Numbered from the stretch's first letter, positions 32,017-42,721 are shown. The stretch: 64,000 nt of DNA from Candidatus Izemoplasma sp. (GCA_021736305.1 JAIPGD010000003.1:4306-68305), one strand, 5' to 3'. A program made the numbers and translations. Notes: generated from the sequence alone by a model not told the origin.

Positions 32017-33027
32017 TTACTCCTCTTCATATAATTTTTGAATGTGTTTTGCAATATATTTAATTAACGGAATAGCTTTTCGGTAATCCATTCTTTTTGG
32101 GCCCACCAAAGAAACTGTTCCCTTTTCTCCATCTGCAGTATCATAAGTTGACGATATTACAGTTATGTCTTTCATAGCTGTAACTTGATTTTCAGTTCCT
32201 ATTTTTACAGAAATACCTTCTTTTTCTGAATCAATTATTTTAAAAATTTCTTTATTTTCGATTGTTGAAATAAATTCTCTAAGCTTATCAATATCGTTAA
32301 ATTCTGGCTGATATAACATATTAGCTTGTCCAGTTAAGTAGTATCTTGATTGTGCAAATTTAGAAAAAGCCTCTATAAATGAATCAACTATAGTTTCACG
32401 ATATTTCAATAACTCTTTTATTTGATTATGCTCAATCTCATAATGCAATTTCTCTGAAACCTTTGAAATCGGTGTATCTTTAAGTAATTCATTTAGCAAA
32501 TCAATAATTTTAGTTAATTCATCTACATCCATGTTTTGTTCTATAGTTATTTCTTTTGATTCAACATAACCATAATTAGTTATCACTAAAATCAAACCAT
32601 GCGTTGGACTCAATTGCACTAATTGTACTTTTTTTACTTTAGAATTATATGCATTTGGTCCTAAAGAAATCGCAGTGCAATTAGTTGCTTCTGAAAGCAA
32701 ATTTATCGCTTCTTTAATTATTATATCTCTTTCAGCTTCTTTATTTGAAAAAATCTCTTCAAACTCAAAATAGCCATCAGTATCTTCTTCAATCGTCTTT
32801 GCAACGGTTTCGATATAATACCGATAACCTTTTTCAGAAGGTATTCTACCTGAAGAAGTATGAGTTTTTTCAATATAACCCAAATCCTCTAAAATACTCA
32901 TTTCGTTTCTGATTGTAGCTGATGAAACTTTTAAAACTTTTGACAATGTTTTAGAACCAATTGGTTCCGCAGTTCTAACGTATTCATCAACAATCATTTT
33001 TAATATTTTTACTTGTCTTTCAGTCAT
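32017..33027 (-). CDS. hrcA: heat-inducible transcription repressor HrcA
   Basis: LTERQVKILKMIVDEYVRTAEPIGSKTL...SSATIRNEMSILEDLGYIEKTHTSSGRIPS. CIRCE operators lie upstream. Confidence 0.95.
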   Translation of the reverse strand: MTERQVKILKMIVDEYVRTAEPIGSKTLSKVLKVSSATIRNEMSILEDLGYIEKTHTSSGRIPSEKGYRYYIETVAKTIEEDTDGYFEFEEIFSNKEAERDIIIKEAINLLSEATNCTAISLGPNAYNSKVKKVQLVQLSPTHGLILVITNYGYVESKEITIEQNMDVDELTKIIDLLNELLKDTPISKVSEKLHYEIEHNQIKELLKYRETIVDSFIEAFSKFAQSRYYLTGQANMLYQPEFNDIDKLREFISTIENKEIFKIIDSEKEGISVKIGTENQVTAMKDITVISSTYDTADGEKGTVSLVGPKRMDYRKAIPLIKYIAKHIQKLYEEE

Positions 33028-33039
33028 ATGAAAACCCCT

Positions 33040-33066
33040 TTAGCACTCCACATTTTCGAATGCTAA
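33040..33066 (-). promoter_or_regulatory. CIRCE operator 1 (HrcA binding site)
   Basis: TTAGCACTC-N9-GAATGCTAA, one mismatch to the TTAGCACTC-N9-GAGTGCTAA consensus. It lies between the -10 box and the hrcA RBS. Confidence 0.9.
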
Positions 33067-33070
33067 TGAT

Positions 33071-33099
33071 ATTATACTAAAGACCATTAGCAATGTCAA
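33071..33099 (-). promoter_or_regulatory. hrcA-grpE-dnaK-dnaJ sigma-A promoter
   Basis: The minus strand reads TTGACA - 17 nt - TATAAT (perfect consensus), about 44 nt upstream of the hrcA ATG. Confidence 0.85.
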
Positions 33100-33113
33100 G
33101 TTTTGAGTGCTAA
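33087..33113 (-). promoter_or_regulatory. CIRCE operator 2, overlapping the -35 box
   Basis: On the plus strand, TTAGCAATG-N9-GAGTGCTAA (two mismatches in one arm). The hrcA -35 TTGACA lies inside it. Confidence 0.8.
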
Positions 33114-33226
33114 AATAAAGTATTTTTTAAGAATTTTTTTGAATAAAGAAAATTAGTTTTTAATATTTATTATTTTAAAAAACTTAAATAGTCTTGTTTG
33201 CTTTTTTAATTGAATCTACTACTTCA

Positions 33227-33255
33227 TTGCAATGTAACTGGTTAAATTGTATAAT
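33227..33255 (+). promoter_or_regulatory. promoter of the first Gfo/Idh/MocA gene
   Basis: TTGCAA - 17 nt - TATAAT, about 44 nt upstream of ATG 33299. Confidence 0.65.
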
Positions 33256-33298
33256 ATAAATGAAACTAATTTATATTTTTTAAAAAAGAGGTGATTGC

Positions 33299-34423
33299 AT
33301 GAAAAAATTTAAAACAGCTGTAGTTGGTGCAGGTTTTATCGGCGCAGCTCATATAGAAGCATTAAGGAGATTAGGTAATATTGAAGTTGTAGCTCTATGT
33401 GATAAGTTCAACTCAGAAAAGAAAGCTAAAGATTTGTTTATTGACAAAAGTTATTCTGATTATAAAAAAATGATTGATGAAATTGAAATTGATTTTATAC
33501 ACATCTGTACTCCAAACAACACACACTTTGAAATTGCTAAATACGCTATGGACAATGATATAAATGTTGTTCTAGAAAAACCCATGACTTTTACAGTGAA
33601 TGAGGCAAAAATATTAACCGAACTCGCTAACTCAAAAAATTTAATCAATGCGATAAATTTTCATAATCGATTATACCCCACTAATATTCATATAAAGAAT
33701 ATGATTGAAACAAATGAAATTGGAAATATTATAATGATTAATGGTGAGTATTTGCAAGATTGGCTTTTATATGACACTGATTATTCATGGAGACTAAACT
33801 CTAAAGAATCTGGTCTCACTAGAACAGTCGCAGACATTGGATCTCACTGGATGGACTTAGTTGAATATTTAACTGGATTAAAAATAGTAGAAGTATTTGC
33901 TGAATTCAAAACCCAATATACAAAAAGAAAAAAACCCTTAGGAGTTACAGAATCTTTTACTACTCAGGCAAGTAAAAATTTTAAAGAAATAGATATTGAT
34001 ACTGAAGACATTGCTTTTGTTTTATTTAAATTTGACAATGGTTCAATTGGAAATGTAACTCTATCACAAATGTCAGCAGGAAACAAAAACAATCTAACAG
34101 TTAACATATCAGGTACTAAGGCATCTATTAATTGGTCTTTAGTGGATTTAGAAAACATTAAAGTCGGGTACCGGGACAAGCCTAATGAGATTATTCCAAA
34201 AGACTTTGCCATTACTAATGATGCTATTACCGCTATTGACTTTCCAAGCGGACATACAGAAGGCTTTCCTGATGCAATTAAACAAGTATTTAAGGAAATA
34301 TATTTACAAAGCAAAATTAAACATTATGCAACATTTAAAGATGGTCTAAGACAAATGATTTTATGTGAAAAAATTTATGAAAGTGCACAAAAAAATACAT
34401 GGATTCAAATAAGTAGTAATTAG
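33299..34423 (+). CDS. Gfo/Idh/MocA-family NAD(P)-dependent oxidoreductase
   Basis: VVGAGFIGAAH Rossmann motif, an EKP motif and a C-terminal alpha/beta domain. A consensus promoter lies upstream. Confidence 0.8.
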   Translation: MKKFKTAVVGAGFIGAAHIEALRRLGNIEVVALCDKFNSEKKAKDLFIDKSYSDYKKMIDEIEIDFIHICTPNNTHFEIAKYAMDNDINVVLEKPMTFTVNEAKILTELANSKNLINAINFHNRLYPTNIHIKNMIETNEIGNIIMINGEYLQDWLLYDTDYSWRLNSKESGLTRTVADIGSHWMDLVEYLTGLKIVEVFAEFKTQYTKRKKPLGVTESFTTQASKNFKEIDIDTEDIAFVLFKFDNGSIGNVTLSQMSAGNKNNLTVNISGTKASINWSLVDLENIKVGYRDKPNEIIPKDFAITNDAITAIDFPSGHTEGFPDAIKQVFKEIYLQSKIKHYATFKDGLRQMILCEKIYESAQKNTWIQISSN

Positions 34424-34517
34424 TTTCGTATTATATAATAATTATATATACATATTTACAATATATATATTAGATAAAAATTATTAATTTATTAAAAAAA
34501 TTTCGTGAGGTGAAATT

Positions 34518-35498
34518 ATGATTAGAATTGGAGTTATTGGAGCAGGATTTATTGCTAATAAATTCTGTGATGCTGTTAACAACAGTAATCTTGATGGTAA
34601 ATTGGCTGCTATTGCTTCTCGCAGTCTTGACAAAGCAGAAAAATTTAAAGAAAAGCATAATTTTGAAAAAGCTTATGGATCATACGAAGAATTATTCAAA
34701 GACAAGGATATTGATTTAATTTATGTGGCTACACCACACGGTTTACATTATAATCATATGATGGAAATACTTGAATATAACAAAAACATTCTCTGTGAAA
34801 AACCTTTTACTCTTAATGCAAAACAAGCTAAAGAAGTTTTTAAAAAAGCGAAAAACAAAAATGTTTTTATCATGGAAGCTCTTTGGACAAGGTTTCTTCC
34901 AACTATTCGTGAAGTGAAAGAGCTTACTGATGATAATATTATCGGTGATATTGTAAAACTTGAAGCTGACTTTTGCTTTACCCCAAATAAAGACGATGAT
35001 CACCGCCTATTCCAACCAAAACTTGGTGGTGGTGCTTTATTAGATGTAGGAATATATCCTATCACCTTTGCTAACATATTTATGGGTAGACCAAAAAATT
35101 TTAATAGCGATGTTAAAATGTATAAAACCGGTGTAGATATTGCTGAAACAATCTATTATAACTATCCGGACAGACAAGCGATATTGAAATCTGCACTCAA
35201 TTATGAATTGCCACTATTAGCTAAAATCACTGGAACAAAAGGAAAAATAATTATTGAAGGACTACATGAAACCGAATCTGCAAAAATATATGATCTCGAT
35301 AATAAGCTAATTCGTGAAGTAAATCATCCACACGAAGTAAATGGTTTTGAATATGAAATCAAAGAAGCTATTAAATGTATTAAATATAATAAACTTGAAA
35401 GTGATATTATGCCACATAGTGAAACACTAAATGTTTTAACACAAATGGATAATATTAGAGAGAGTTGGAACTTCTTTTATCCGCAAGAAAAAAATTAA
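34518..35498 (+). CDS. Gfo/Idh/MocA-family oxidoreductase (dihydrodiol / sugar 1-dehydrogenase-like)
   Basis: IGVIGAGFIANKF, ATPHGLHY and CEKPF motifs. Confidence 0.8.
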   Translation: MIRIGVIGAGFIANKFCDAVNNSNLDGKLAAIASRSLDKAEKFKEKHNFEKAYGSYEELFKDKDIDLIYVATPHGLHYNHMMEILEYNKNILCEKPFTLNAKQAKEVFKKAKNKNVFIMEALWTRFLPTIREVKELTDDNIIGDIVKLEADFCFTPNKDDDHRLFQPKLGGGALLDVGIYPITFANIFMGRPKNFNSDVKMYKTGVDIAETIYYNYPDRQAILKSALNYELPLLAKITGTKGKIIIEGLHETESAKIYDLDNKLIREVNHPHEVNGFEYEIKEAIKCIKYNKLESDIMPHSETLNVLTQMDNIRESWNFFYPQEKN

Positions 35499-35514
35499 AT
35501 AAGCATAACAAAAT

Positions 35515-35547
35515 AAAAACCCACCTTTTAAAAAAGGCGGGTTTTTT
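35515..35547. terminator. bidirectional terminator between the convergent Gfo gene and the xyl ABC operon
   Basis: AAAAACCCACCTTTT-AA-AAAAGGCGGGTTTTT (one mismatch) with a T-run on the plus strand and an A-run for the minus strand. Confidence 0.8.
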
Positions 35548-35576
35548 AATGCTCTTCTGATAAATTTTAGTTACAA

Positions 35577-36761
35577 TTATTTATATGGACTAAAATCGAT
35601 ATTACTAAATGTATCGTCGTCTTCGTCTTTATATCCTGTAGCAAAAATTAAATCATAAGTGTGTTGAGGGTTATCATAAGTTAATGTATCAATTGCAGTA
35701 TAAGCAGTATCTACATCATCAATCTTTGGACCTGCATTTAATCCTTCAAGTCCAGGATTTCCATCAATCACGTTTTTAGCTATAGCAACTGAATCAGCAC
35801 ATAATTTTGAAGTATCTTTAAATACTGTCATTGTTTGAGTGCCTTTACCTTTAATAGGGTCGCCCATTAAACTTGCTAATGCAACATTTGATGCATCTTG
35901 TCCAGTTGTATAATAGTTATCATACGGATGAGACATTTTAGCAAATTCTTGACGAATTGCTGCTGATGTATCATCATTTGGTGCAAGAACATATACATCT
36001 TCAGCTGATTTATCAACATCACCTATTGTAGCAACTAAAGCTGCTGCTTTTGTTGCTGCAGTTTGAGCGTTCCAGTCAGTATCAACTGGTAACATAGCTG
36101 CTTGTAAAGCGTCTTTAGCATCGTCATCAAAAGTAGCTTCTGTATAGAAACCTAAATCTGAGAAAGTGTCTTCAACGTTTATGATATTAAACATATCAAA
36201 ATTAGGTTGAATTTCTTCCATAGCTCCACCAAAGAAATATGTAGCATTAGGCCAGTCAGCAACTCTACCTGCGAAAATAGCTAAATCACATTTATTGTCA
36301 ACTGAACATCCATTTTCCTCTGCCATTTCAACTAAGTGACCGCCTTGAGCTTTCCCTACTTCCCAACTATTAAAAGTTGTATAGTAGTCAGCTTTGATTG
36401 TGTCATCTTTTTTTGCCATACGGTCATGTGCAATTAGAGTAACTCCTGCCTCATTAGCAGCTTGAGCAGCACCTGCGCCAGAACCTTCAGCAGTTAAAAT
36501 AATAACTTCTGCTCCTTTAGCGATTAAAGCGTCAACGTTTGTTTTTTCTTTAGCTTCATCACCTTCAGAGAATAGGATTTCATATTCATATCCCTCTCCT
36601 AAAGCATCCAATTCTTCTTCAAAGAATCTACCATCTTGATTTTTCCATCTTTCTTCAGATGCATCTGGTAATACTACACCAATTTTAATAGTTTGACTCT
36701 CGCAACCTGCAAGAGGAAGCAATAAAACTAGTGCAAAAACTAATACAATTAATTTCTTCAT
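35577..36761 (-). CDS. sugar ABC transporter substrate-binding lipoprotein (XylF/ChvE type, probable xylose)
   Basis: Lipobox LLLPLAG|C and a PBP type-1 fold signature (KIGVVLPD...IILTAEGSGAG...LIAHDR). It is the last gene of the xylA-xylB-ABC operon. Confidence 0.7.
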   Translation of the reverse strand: MKKLIVLVFALVLLLPLAGCESQTIKIGVVLPDASEERWKNQDGRFFEEELDALGEGYEYEILFSEGDEAKEKTNVDALIAKGAEVIILTAEGSGAGAAQAANEAGVTLIAHDRMAKKDDTIKADYYTTFNSWEVGKAQGGHLVEMAEENGCSVDNKCDLAIFAGRVADWPNATYFFGGAMEEIQPNFDMFNIINVEDTFSDLGFYTEATFDDDAKDALQAAMLPVDTDWNAQTAATKAAALVATIGDVDKSAEDVYVLAPNDDTSAAIRQEFAKMSHPYDNYYTTGQDASNVALASLMGDPIKGKGTQTMTVFKDTSKLCADSVAIAKNVIDGNPGLEGLNAGPKIDDVDTAYTAIDTLTYDNPQHTYDLIFATGYKDEDDDTFSNIDFSPYK

Positions 36762-36818
36762 TTTCTTCTCCTTTAAAAAAATTTTTATTTTTAAGTGTGA
36801 TTAAAATAACCACAAAAC

Positions 36819-38246
36819 TTAAACCTTAATCATGTCTTGATAATCTTCTTCGTTAGAAGATCTTATCATATTCTTAATTCTACTATATTGAGACTTAGCG
36901 TTAGTCAATTCATATTCATATTCAATAAGTGCTTCCCCAGCTTTTTTTGCAGCAGCAAGTTTCTTTTTAGCTGTCTTAAGACCTTGTTTAGCCTCAATAT
37001 ATTCTTCGCGATATTTCTTTCTTGCATAATACATACCTACTAAATCGACAGGCCTTACATTTCTAGTATAAATATCAAAAACAACAGCTAACAACAATAC
37101 ACTACCTAAAACAATAGGTTCAATATTTGAGTTGAATCCAGCTAATGCCATCCCGTTTTTAAGTGACATAATTACAACTGAACCAATTAGTGAGTTAACA
37201 ATTTTTCCTACTCCACCACTCGCGGAAGCTCCACCAATAAAGGTAGCTGCAATAGCGTATAATTCCCAGAACGGTCCATGGTTTGGCGATGTATTCTGTA
37301 CATATGAAGCGTACATTACACCAGACACTAATGCTAATATCCCCATTGATATAAATACAATGATAATGATTGTAGTAACTTTAATACCAGATAATTCAGC
37401 CGCTTCAGGATTACCACCAACTGCATAAATCCTTCGACCAAGTGTGGTCTTAGTAGTAAAGAAAAAATAAATAACCATTACCACCAGTGTAATTAATAAC
37501 AAATAAGATATTCCGCGGTATGAAGCTAAATTAAAAGCAATATATAACAATATCCCAATCACAAATACAGTTTTTGTAATATAAATTTGTAATGATTCAT
37601 TCTCTATACCGAGTTTATTATTTTTTCTTCTCTTCAAAATTGAAGATAAAACTAAAAATATTACAATTAGTATTCCCATAATGAAGGTGATCATATCTAG
37701 ATTGCCAATTTTAGCAGTACTTAAATATCCAACACCAATTTTATTAAAGAATTCATTTGAAGTAGGAATTGTTCTATTATTTGTTCTAATCATTAAGAAA
37801 CCTTTAAATATAAACATTCCTGCTAAGGTAATAACAAAGGATGGCACCTTTATCTTAGCAACAAAGAATCCTTTGATGATTCCAACAATAATGGTTATAA
37901 CCAAAGCTGATAGTAGCGCCAAAGGAATTGCAGTTCCTCTATTTTCAACAGCAACAACAACATAAGCTCCTAGAAAAGCACCTAAAAATCCAACTGATAA
38001 ATCAATCTGCCTAGTAACAATAACTAAAGTCATACCTATTGCTAAAACCGAAACATAAGCTGTTTGATTAAGCAAATTAGTAAAATTAATTGGTCCCAAG
38101 AATAAGCCATTGGTCATAATTGCGAAAGTCATAAAAATGACAGTCAACGCTATATACATACCATAATCACGAATGTTTGTTCGAAACATTGAAGTGATTA
38201 CAAGAAAATATCTTAAAACTGGATTTATTTTTTTAATCTCATTCAT
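36819..38246 (-). CDS. sugar ABC transporter permease (XylH/GguB type) with ~70-aa C-terminal coiled-coil extension
   Basis: About 10 TM segments. The C-terminal YYARKKYREEYIEAKQGLKTAKKKLAAAKKAGEALIEYEYELTNAKSQYSRIKNMIRSSNEEDYQDMIKV is hydrophilic. Confidence 0.75.
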   Translation of the reverse strand: MNEIKKINPVLRYFLVITSMFRTNIRDYGMYIALTVIFMTFAIMTNGLFLGPINFTNLLNQTAYVSVLAIGMTLVIVTRQIDLSVGFLGAFLGAYVVVAVENRGTAIPLALLSALVITIIVGIIKGFFVAKIKVPSFVITLAGMFIFKGFLMIRTNNRTIPTSNEFFNKIGVGYLSTAKIGNLDMITFIMGILIVIFLVLSSILKRRKNNKLGIENESLQIYITKTVFVIGILLYIAFNLASYRGISYLLLITLVVMVIYFFFTTKTTLGRRIYAVGGNPEAAELSGIKVTTIIIIVFISMGILALVSGVMYASYVQNTSPNHGPFWELYAIAATFIGGASASGGVGKIVNSLIGSVVIMSLKNGMALAGFNSNIEPIVLGSVLLLAVVFDIYTRNVRPVDLVGMYYARKKYREEYIEAKQGLKTAKKKLAAAKKAGEALIEYEYELTNAKSQYSRIKNMIRSSNEEDYQDMIKV

Positions 38247-38260
38247 TTAAACTTATCCTC

Positions 38261-39787
38261 CTATACTAAAGCTGCTTTATGCATAATTTTTTCAGCTGTA
38301 GCATCTTCAATATTAAATTCCGCTGTTTGAAGTCCTTCAGCTATAACATAAATACGATCGCACATACCCAAGATTTCAGGCAATTCTGATGAAATGATTA
38401 AAATACTCATTCCTTTAGCGACTAAATCATTAATAATCGTATAAATCTCATATTTAGCACCAACATCAATACCTCTAGTAGGTTCATCTAATATTAATAT
38501 TTTCGGCTCAGAAAAAAGCCATTTTGCAACTTGAACTTTCTGTTGATTACCACCACTTAAATTCTTAAGTTGTTGATATATAGAAGGTGTCTTAATATCT
38601 AAATCTTTAACATATTTTTTTGCAAAGAAAGATTGTTTAAAAAAATTTAATATTCCTCGTTTTGATATTTTATTTAAAGAAGCAAGACAAATATTTTGTC
38701 CGATGTTTTCTCCAAGAATCAAACCATCTTTCTTTCGATCTTCCGAAACATAAGCTATGCCATGTTTGATTGCTGATTGAGGATGGTGAAATTTTATATG
38801 TTCTCCTTGAACAATGACTCCTCCAGATATTTTATACTTGTCAATATTTCCAAAAATACTATGCGCAAATTCAGTTCTACCAGCGCCCATAAGTCCTGCA
38901 AGACCAACAACTTCTCCTTCTCGCAGTTTAATATTAGCATCATTAACAATGTATCTATTTAAATTGTTATCATAAGCATTAAAGTGAATTGTTTCTAAAA
39001 CAATTTTACCACTTTTGAATATAGGCCTTTTAGGGAAAATATCATCTATTTGCCTACCAACCATATGCTTAATAATTTCAAACTCATTAATCTCTTCAGC
39101 TAACATTCTTGTTATAACTTTCCCATCTCTTAAGATAGTTAATGAATCAGCAATTGCTTCAACTTCTCTTAATTTATGCGATATCATAATTGAAGTGATA
39201 CCCTTTTTTTTAAGTTCTACCAGTAAATCTAGTAAATTCTTACTATCATTTTCATTTAAAGCAGCAGTTGGTTCATCCAAAATTAATAATTTAACATCTT
39301 GACTTAGCGCTTTAGCAATTTCAATAAGTTGTTGCTTACCAACACCTAGGGTTCTAACTAAACGTTCAATTTCAACATCTAATCCAACCATATCAAGATA
39401 TTTCTTAGCCATCTTTTTTGTTTGAATCCAGTCTATAACGCCTCTACTATTAGCAATCTCATGGCCAACATATACATTTTCATAAACAGTTAAATCAGGA
39501 AACAAAGCTAATTCTTGATTAATAATTACTATACCATTTCTAACTGAGTCTTTAATACTATTAAAATGTTTAATTTCACCATTGAAAACAATATCACCTG
39601 AATAAGAACCAATAGGATATATTCCACTTAACACTTTCATTAGTGTAGATTTACCAGCACCATTTTCGCCTACTATAAAATGTATTTCACCTTTATCTAC
39701 ATGAATATCCACTTCATCTAAAGCCCTTACACCAGGGAATGTTTTTGTAATGGATCTCATTACAAGAATTTTCTCTTTTTCAGACAA
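38261..39787 (-). CDS. sugar ABC transporter ATP-binding protein, tandem ABC domains (XylG/GguA type)
   Basis: GENGAGKST plus LILDEPT in the first domain, and LSGGNQQKV plus LILDEPTRGID in the second. TTG start 6 nt after AGGGGTG. Confidence 0.8.
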   Translation of the reverse strand: MSEKEKILVMRSITKTFPGVRALDEVDIHVDKGEIHFIVGENGAGKSTLMKVLSGIYPIGSYSGDIVFNGEIKHFNSIKDSVRNGIVIINQELALFPDLTVYENVYVGHEIANSRGVIDWIQTKKMAKKYLDMVGLDVEIERLVRTLGVGKQQLIEIAKALSQDVKLLILDEPTAALNENDSKNLLDLLVELKKKGITSIMISHKLREVEAIADSLTILRDGKVITRMLAEEINEFEIIKHMVGRQIDDIFPKRPIFKSGKIVLETIHFNAYDNNLNRYIVNDANIKLREGEVVGLAGLMGAGRTEFAHSIFGNIDKYKISGGVIVQGEHIKFHHPQSAIKHGIAYVSEDRKKDGLILGENIGQNICLASLNKISKRGILNFFKQSFFAKKYVKDLDIKTPSIYQQLKNLSGGNQQKVQVAKWLFSEPKILILDEPTRGIDVGAKYEIYTIINDLVAKGMSILIISSELPEILGMCDRIYVIAEGLQTAEFNIEDATAEKIMHKAALV

Positions 39788-39830
39788 CTAATTCACCCCT
39801 GTCAATAAAATAAAATATATTATATATCAT

Positions 39831-41291
39831 TTATATTTTGAAAATTTCTTTTACGTTTGGGTATATTATACCAAATTTCAAATATTTTTCACTATAAATT
39901 TTTACATTTTTTTCGTTTTGTTGAAAACGCTTATTAATTTTTATTAAATTTTCACAAGCATTTTGAACATTTTTATATACTCCAGCACCTACCATAGCAA
40001 GAATAGCGGCTCCAAATGCAGGCCCTTCTTCAGCCTTCATAGTATAAACTTCAACATCTAAAATATCAGCTATCATCTGTGCCCATACTTGAGATTTAGC
40101 ACCGCCACCAGTTATTCTTACCGAAGAAATATTAACACCTAAATCCCTAATTAACTCAAGTGAATCTTTTAAAGCAAAAGTTATACCTTCTATTACGGCT
40201 CTATCCAAATGTTCTTTTCTATGTGATAGACTTAATCCCAAAAATACACCTTGAGCATAAGGATCATTTATCGGTGCTCTTTCTCCACTTAAATATGGTA
40301 AAAAGAATAAATCGTTACTTGGATCTATATCTGAGATATTATTAAAAAATTCATCATAGTTATAGTTATTAAATACTTGTTCTGACCACCATTTTAATGC
40401 ACCGCCAGCATTTAACATAACACTCATTAAATGATATTGTCCATTAGAGTGACAATAAGATTGAAAATAACTTATATTATCAACTTTAAAACTATCTGAA
40501 GCAACAAATACTACGCCACTTGTTCCTAATGATATACTGCTCTCACCAGATTTAACTACACCGACACCCAAAGCTCCAACAGCTTGATCACCACCGCCAA
40601 TAACAACGCTTACATTTTTTTGAATGGCTAAGTGATTTTTTATTTTTTCTGTTAGACTACCTATTATATCAGAACTTTCATAAACTTTTGGCAATTGTTG
40701 TAAATTAATGCCAAGTATTTTTAACATTTCAGCGCTATATCTTTTGTTTTTAACATCAAAATATAAAGTTCCTGAAACATCACTAACATCTGTCGCAAAA
40801 ACTCCCGTCAAACGATAAGCAAGATAATCTTTTGGTAACATTATTTTACTTATTTTTTTGAAAATGTCAGATTCATTATTTTTTACCCATAATATTTTTG
40901 GAGCTGTTAAACCTGTTAAAGCAATATTTCCAGTCTGTTCTTGTAAAAAATCAATTCCTATCTCATTATTTAAATAATCAACTTCTTTAAAAGTTCTTTG
41001 ATCATTCCATAAAATTGCATTCCGTAGAACTTTATCATTTTTATCGAGAATAACTAATCCGTGCATCTGACCAGAAAAACTTAAAGAATCAATTTTATTT
41101 TCATAACCCTTTATAAGTTCTTTTAAGCCCGCTAGACTCATTTCAAACCATTCGTTAGGATCTTGTTCAGCCCAAGAACTTTGTGGAATAATTAAATCAT
41201 AATTTTTTGTAACAGTTTTAATTATTTCTCCAGTTTTATTTAATAGAACGAGTTTTACACCCGAAGTTCCTAAGTCTATTCCTATAAACAT
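39831..41291 (-). CDS. xylB: xylulokinase (FGGY family)
   Basis: MFIGIDLGTSGVK and GGGAKSQVWAQMIADILDVEV motifs. It is adjacent to xylA. Confidence 0.85.
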   Translation of the reverse strand: MFIGIDLGTSGVKLVLLNKTGEIIKTVTKNYDLIIPQSSWAEQDPNEWFEMSLAGLKELIKGYENKIDSLSFSGQMHGLVILDKNDKVLRNAILWNDQRTFKEVDYLNNEIGIDFLQEQTGNIALTGLTAPKILWVKNNESDIFKKISKIMLPKDYLAYRLTGVFATDVSDVSGTLYFDVKNKRYSAEMLKILGINLQQLPKVYESSDIIGSLTEKIKNHLAIQKNVSVVIGGGDQAVGALGVGVVKSGESSISLGTSGVVFVASDSFKVDNISYFQSYCHSNGQYHLMSVMLNAGGALKWWSEQVFNNYNYDEFFNNISDIDPSNDLFFLPYLSGERAPINDPYAQGVFLGLSLSHRKEHLDRAVIEGITFALKDSLELIRDLGVNISSVRITGGGAKSQVWAQMIADILDVEVYTMKAEEGPAFGAAILAMVGAGVYKNVQNACENLIKINKRFQQNEKNVKIYSEKYLKFGIIYPNVKEIFKI

Positions 41292-41300
41292 AGAAATCTC

Positions 41301-42620
41301 CTAACCAATAATGTATTGATTAATAATAGATTCTAATAACTCTTGCCGTCCAGATTCATTTAAATCCAAAACTTTTTTATTTAAAATATATTTTTCTAGT
41401 TCTTTAAACCCAACTTTTTCTTCAACAATATCTTTACCTATTCCCTTTTTATAAGAAGAATATCTTTTTGCTAAATTATCTTCAATAACTCTATCTTCCC
41501 ATAAACGTGCAGCAACTTTTAATCCTACAGCATAAGCATCCATTCCAGCAATATGGCCATAAAATAAATCTTCAACTGAGAAAGAACTTCTTCTTACTTT
41601 AGCATCAAAATTCAATCCACCAGTATTAAAACCTCCACCACGAATAATTTCATACATTGTTAGTGCTGTGTCATGAATATTTGTCGGAAACTGATCTGTA
41701 TCCCAGCCTAATAGTAAATCACCTTGATTAGCATCAACACTACCTAAAACGCCATTATCAACAGCTAATCTGATTTCATGATTCATTGTATGTCCAGCTA
41801 ATGTAGCATGATTAGTTTCAATATTTAGTTTAAAATCATTTATTAAATCATATTTTCTTAAAAACGAGATTACTGTAGCGCTATCGAAATCATATTGATG
41901 TTTAGTTGGTTCTTTAGGTTTAGGTTCAATATAAAATTGTCCTTCAAACCCAATCTCTTTTGCATAGTCAACAGCCATATGCAAAAATCTAGCAAAATTA
42001 TCTTGTTCTAATTTCATATCAGTATTTAAGAGAGTTTCATAGCCTTCTCTACCACCCCAAAATGTAAATCCAGAACCATCTAATCTTTTAGTAATTTCCA
42101 TTGCTTTTTTTACTTGTGTAGCTGCAAAAGCAAAAATGTCAGCGTTTGGACTGGTTGATGCGCCATTAACAAAACGTTTGTTGCTAAACAAATTAGCAGT
42201 TCCCCATAATAGCTTTATACCAGTTCTTTTCATTTCAGATTCAATTATATCAACAATTTCGTCTAAATTTTTGTTGCTTTGTTCAATAGTTTTTCCCTCA
42301 GGAGCGATATCACGATCATGAAAACAAAAATACTCCAACCCCATTTTTTCCATAAACTCAAAAGCAACCTTAACTCTTACTTTCGCTTGTTCCATTGGAT
42401 CAGTTGTTATTTCATCCCATGGTCTTTCCATAGTTGCATTACCAAAAGGATCTTTACCATCAGCTACTAGTGTATGCCAATAAGCCATAGAGAATTTAAG
42501 ATGATCTTTCATTTTCTTACCTAAAACTTTTTCTTCTGGATTATAATATTTAAATGCAAACGGGTTTTTACTGTCCGAGCCTTCGTATTTGATTTTTGTA
42601 ATTCCTTTAAAATATTCCAT
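41301..42620 (-). CDS. xylA: xylose isomerase
   Basis: [24 protein letters not shown] and [10 protein letters not shown] motifs, 439 aa. Confidence 0.95.
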   Translation of the reverse strand: MEYFKGITKIKYEGSDSKNPFAFKYYNPEEKVLGKKMKDHLKFSMAYWHTLVADGKDPFGNATMERPWDEITTDPMEQAKVRVKVAFEFMEKMGLEYFCFHDRDIAPEGKTIEQSNKNLDEIVDIIESEMKRTGIKLLWGTANLFSNKRFVNGASTSPNADIFAFAATQVKKAMEITKRLDGSGFTFWGGREGYETLLNTDMKLEQDNFARFLHMAVDYAKEIGFEGQFYIEPKPKEPTKHQYDFDSATVISFLRKYDLINDFKLNIETNHATLAGHTMNHEIRLAVDNGVLGSVDANQGDLLLGWDTDQFPTNIHDTALTMYEIIRGGGFNTGGLNFDAKVRRSSFSVEDLFYGHIAGMDAYAVGLKVAARLWEDRVIEDNLAKRYSSYKKGIGKDIVEEKVGFKELEKYILNKKVLDLNESGRQELLESIINQYIIG

Positions 42621-42721
42621 TTTTCTCTCCTTTTAAAAAAATATTTACATAATTTCTTCTATTTGCTAAAGTATTTTTTTTATGATATATTCAAAATATA
42701 AAAAAACAAGTTGGTGATAAA

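Noticed and set aside
42621-42721. Looked for a XylR operator palindrome in the xylA/xylR divergent region
   Set aside because: I found no convincing inverted repeat comparable to the B. subtilis xyl operator, only generic AT-rich sequence, so no site is claimed.
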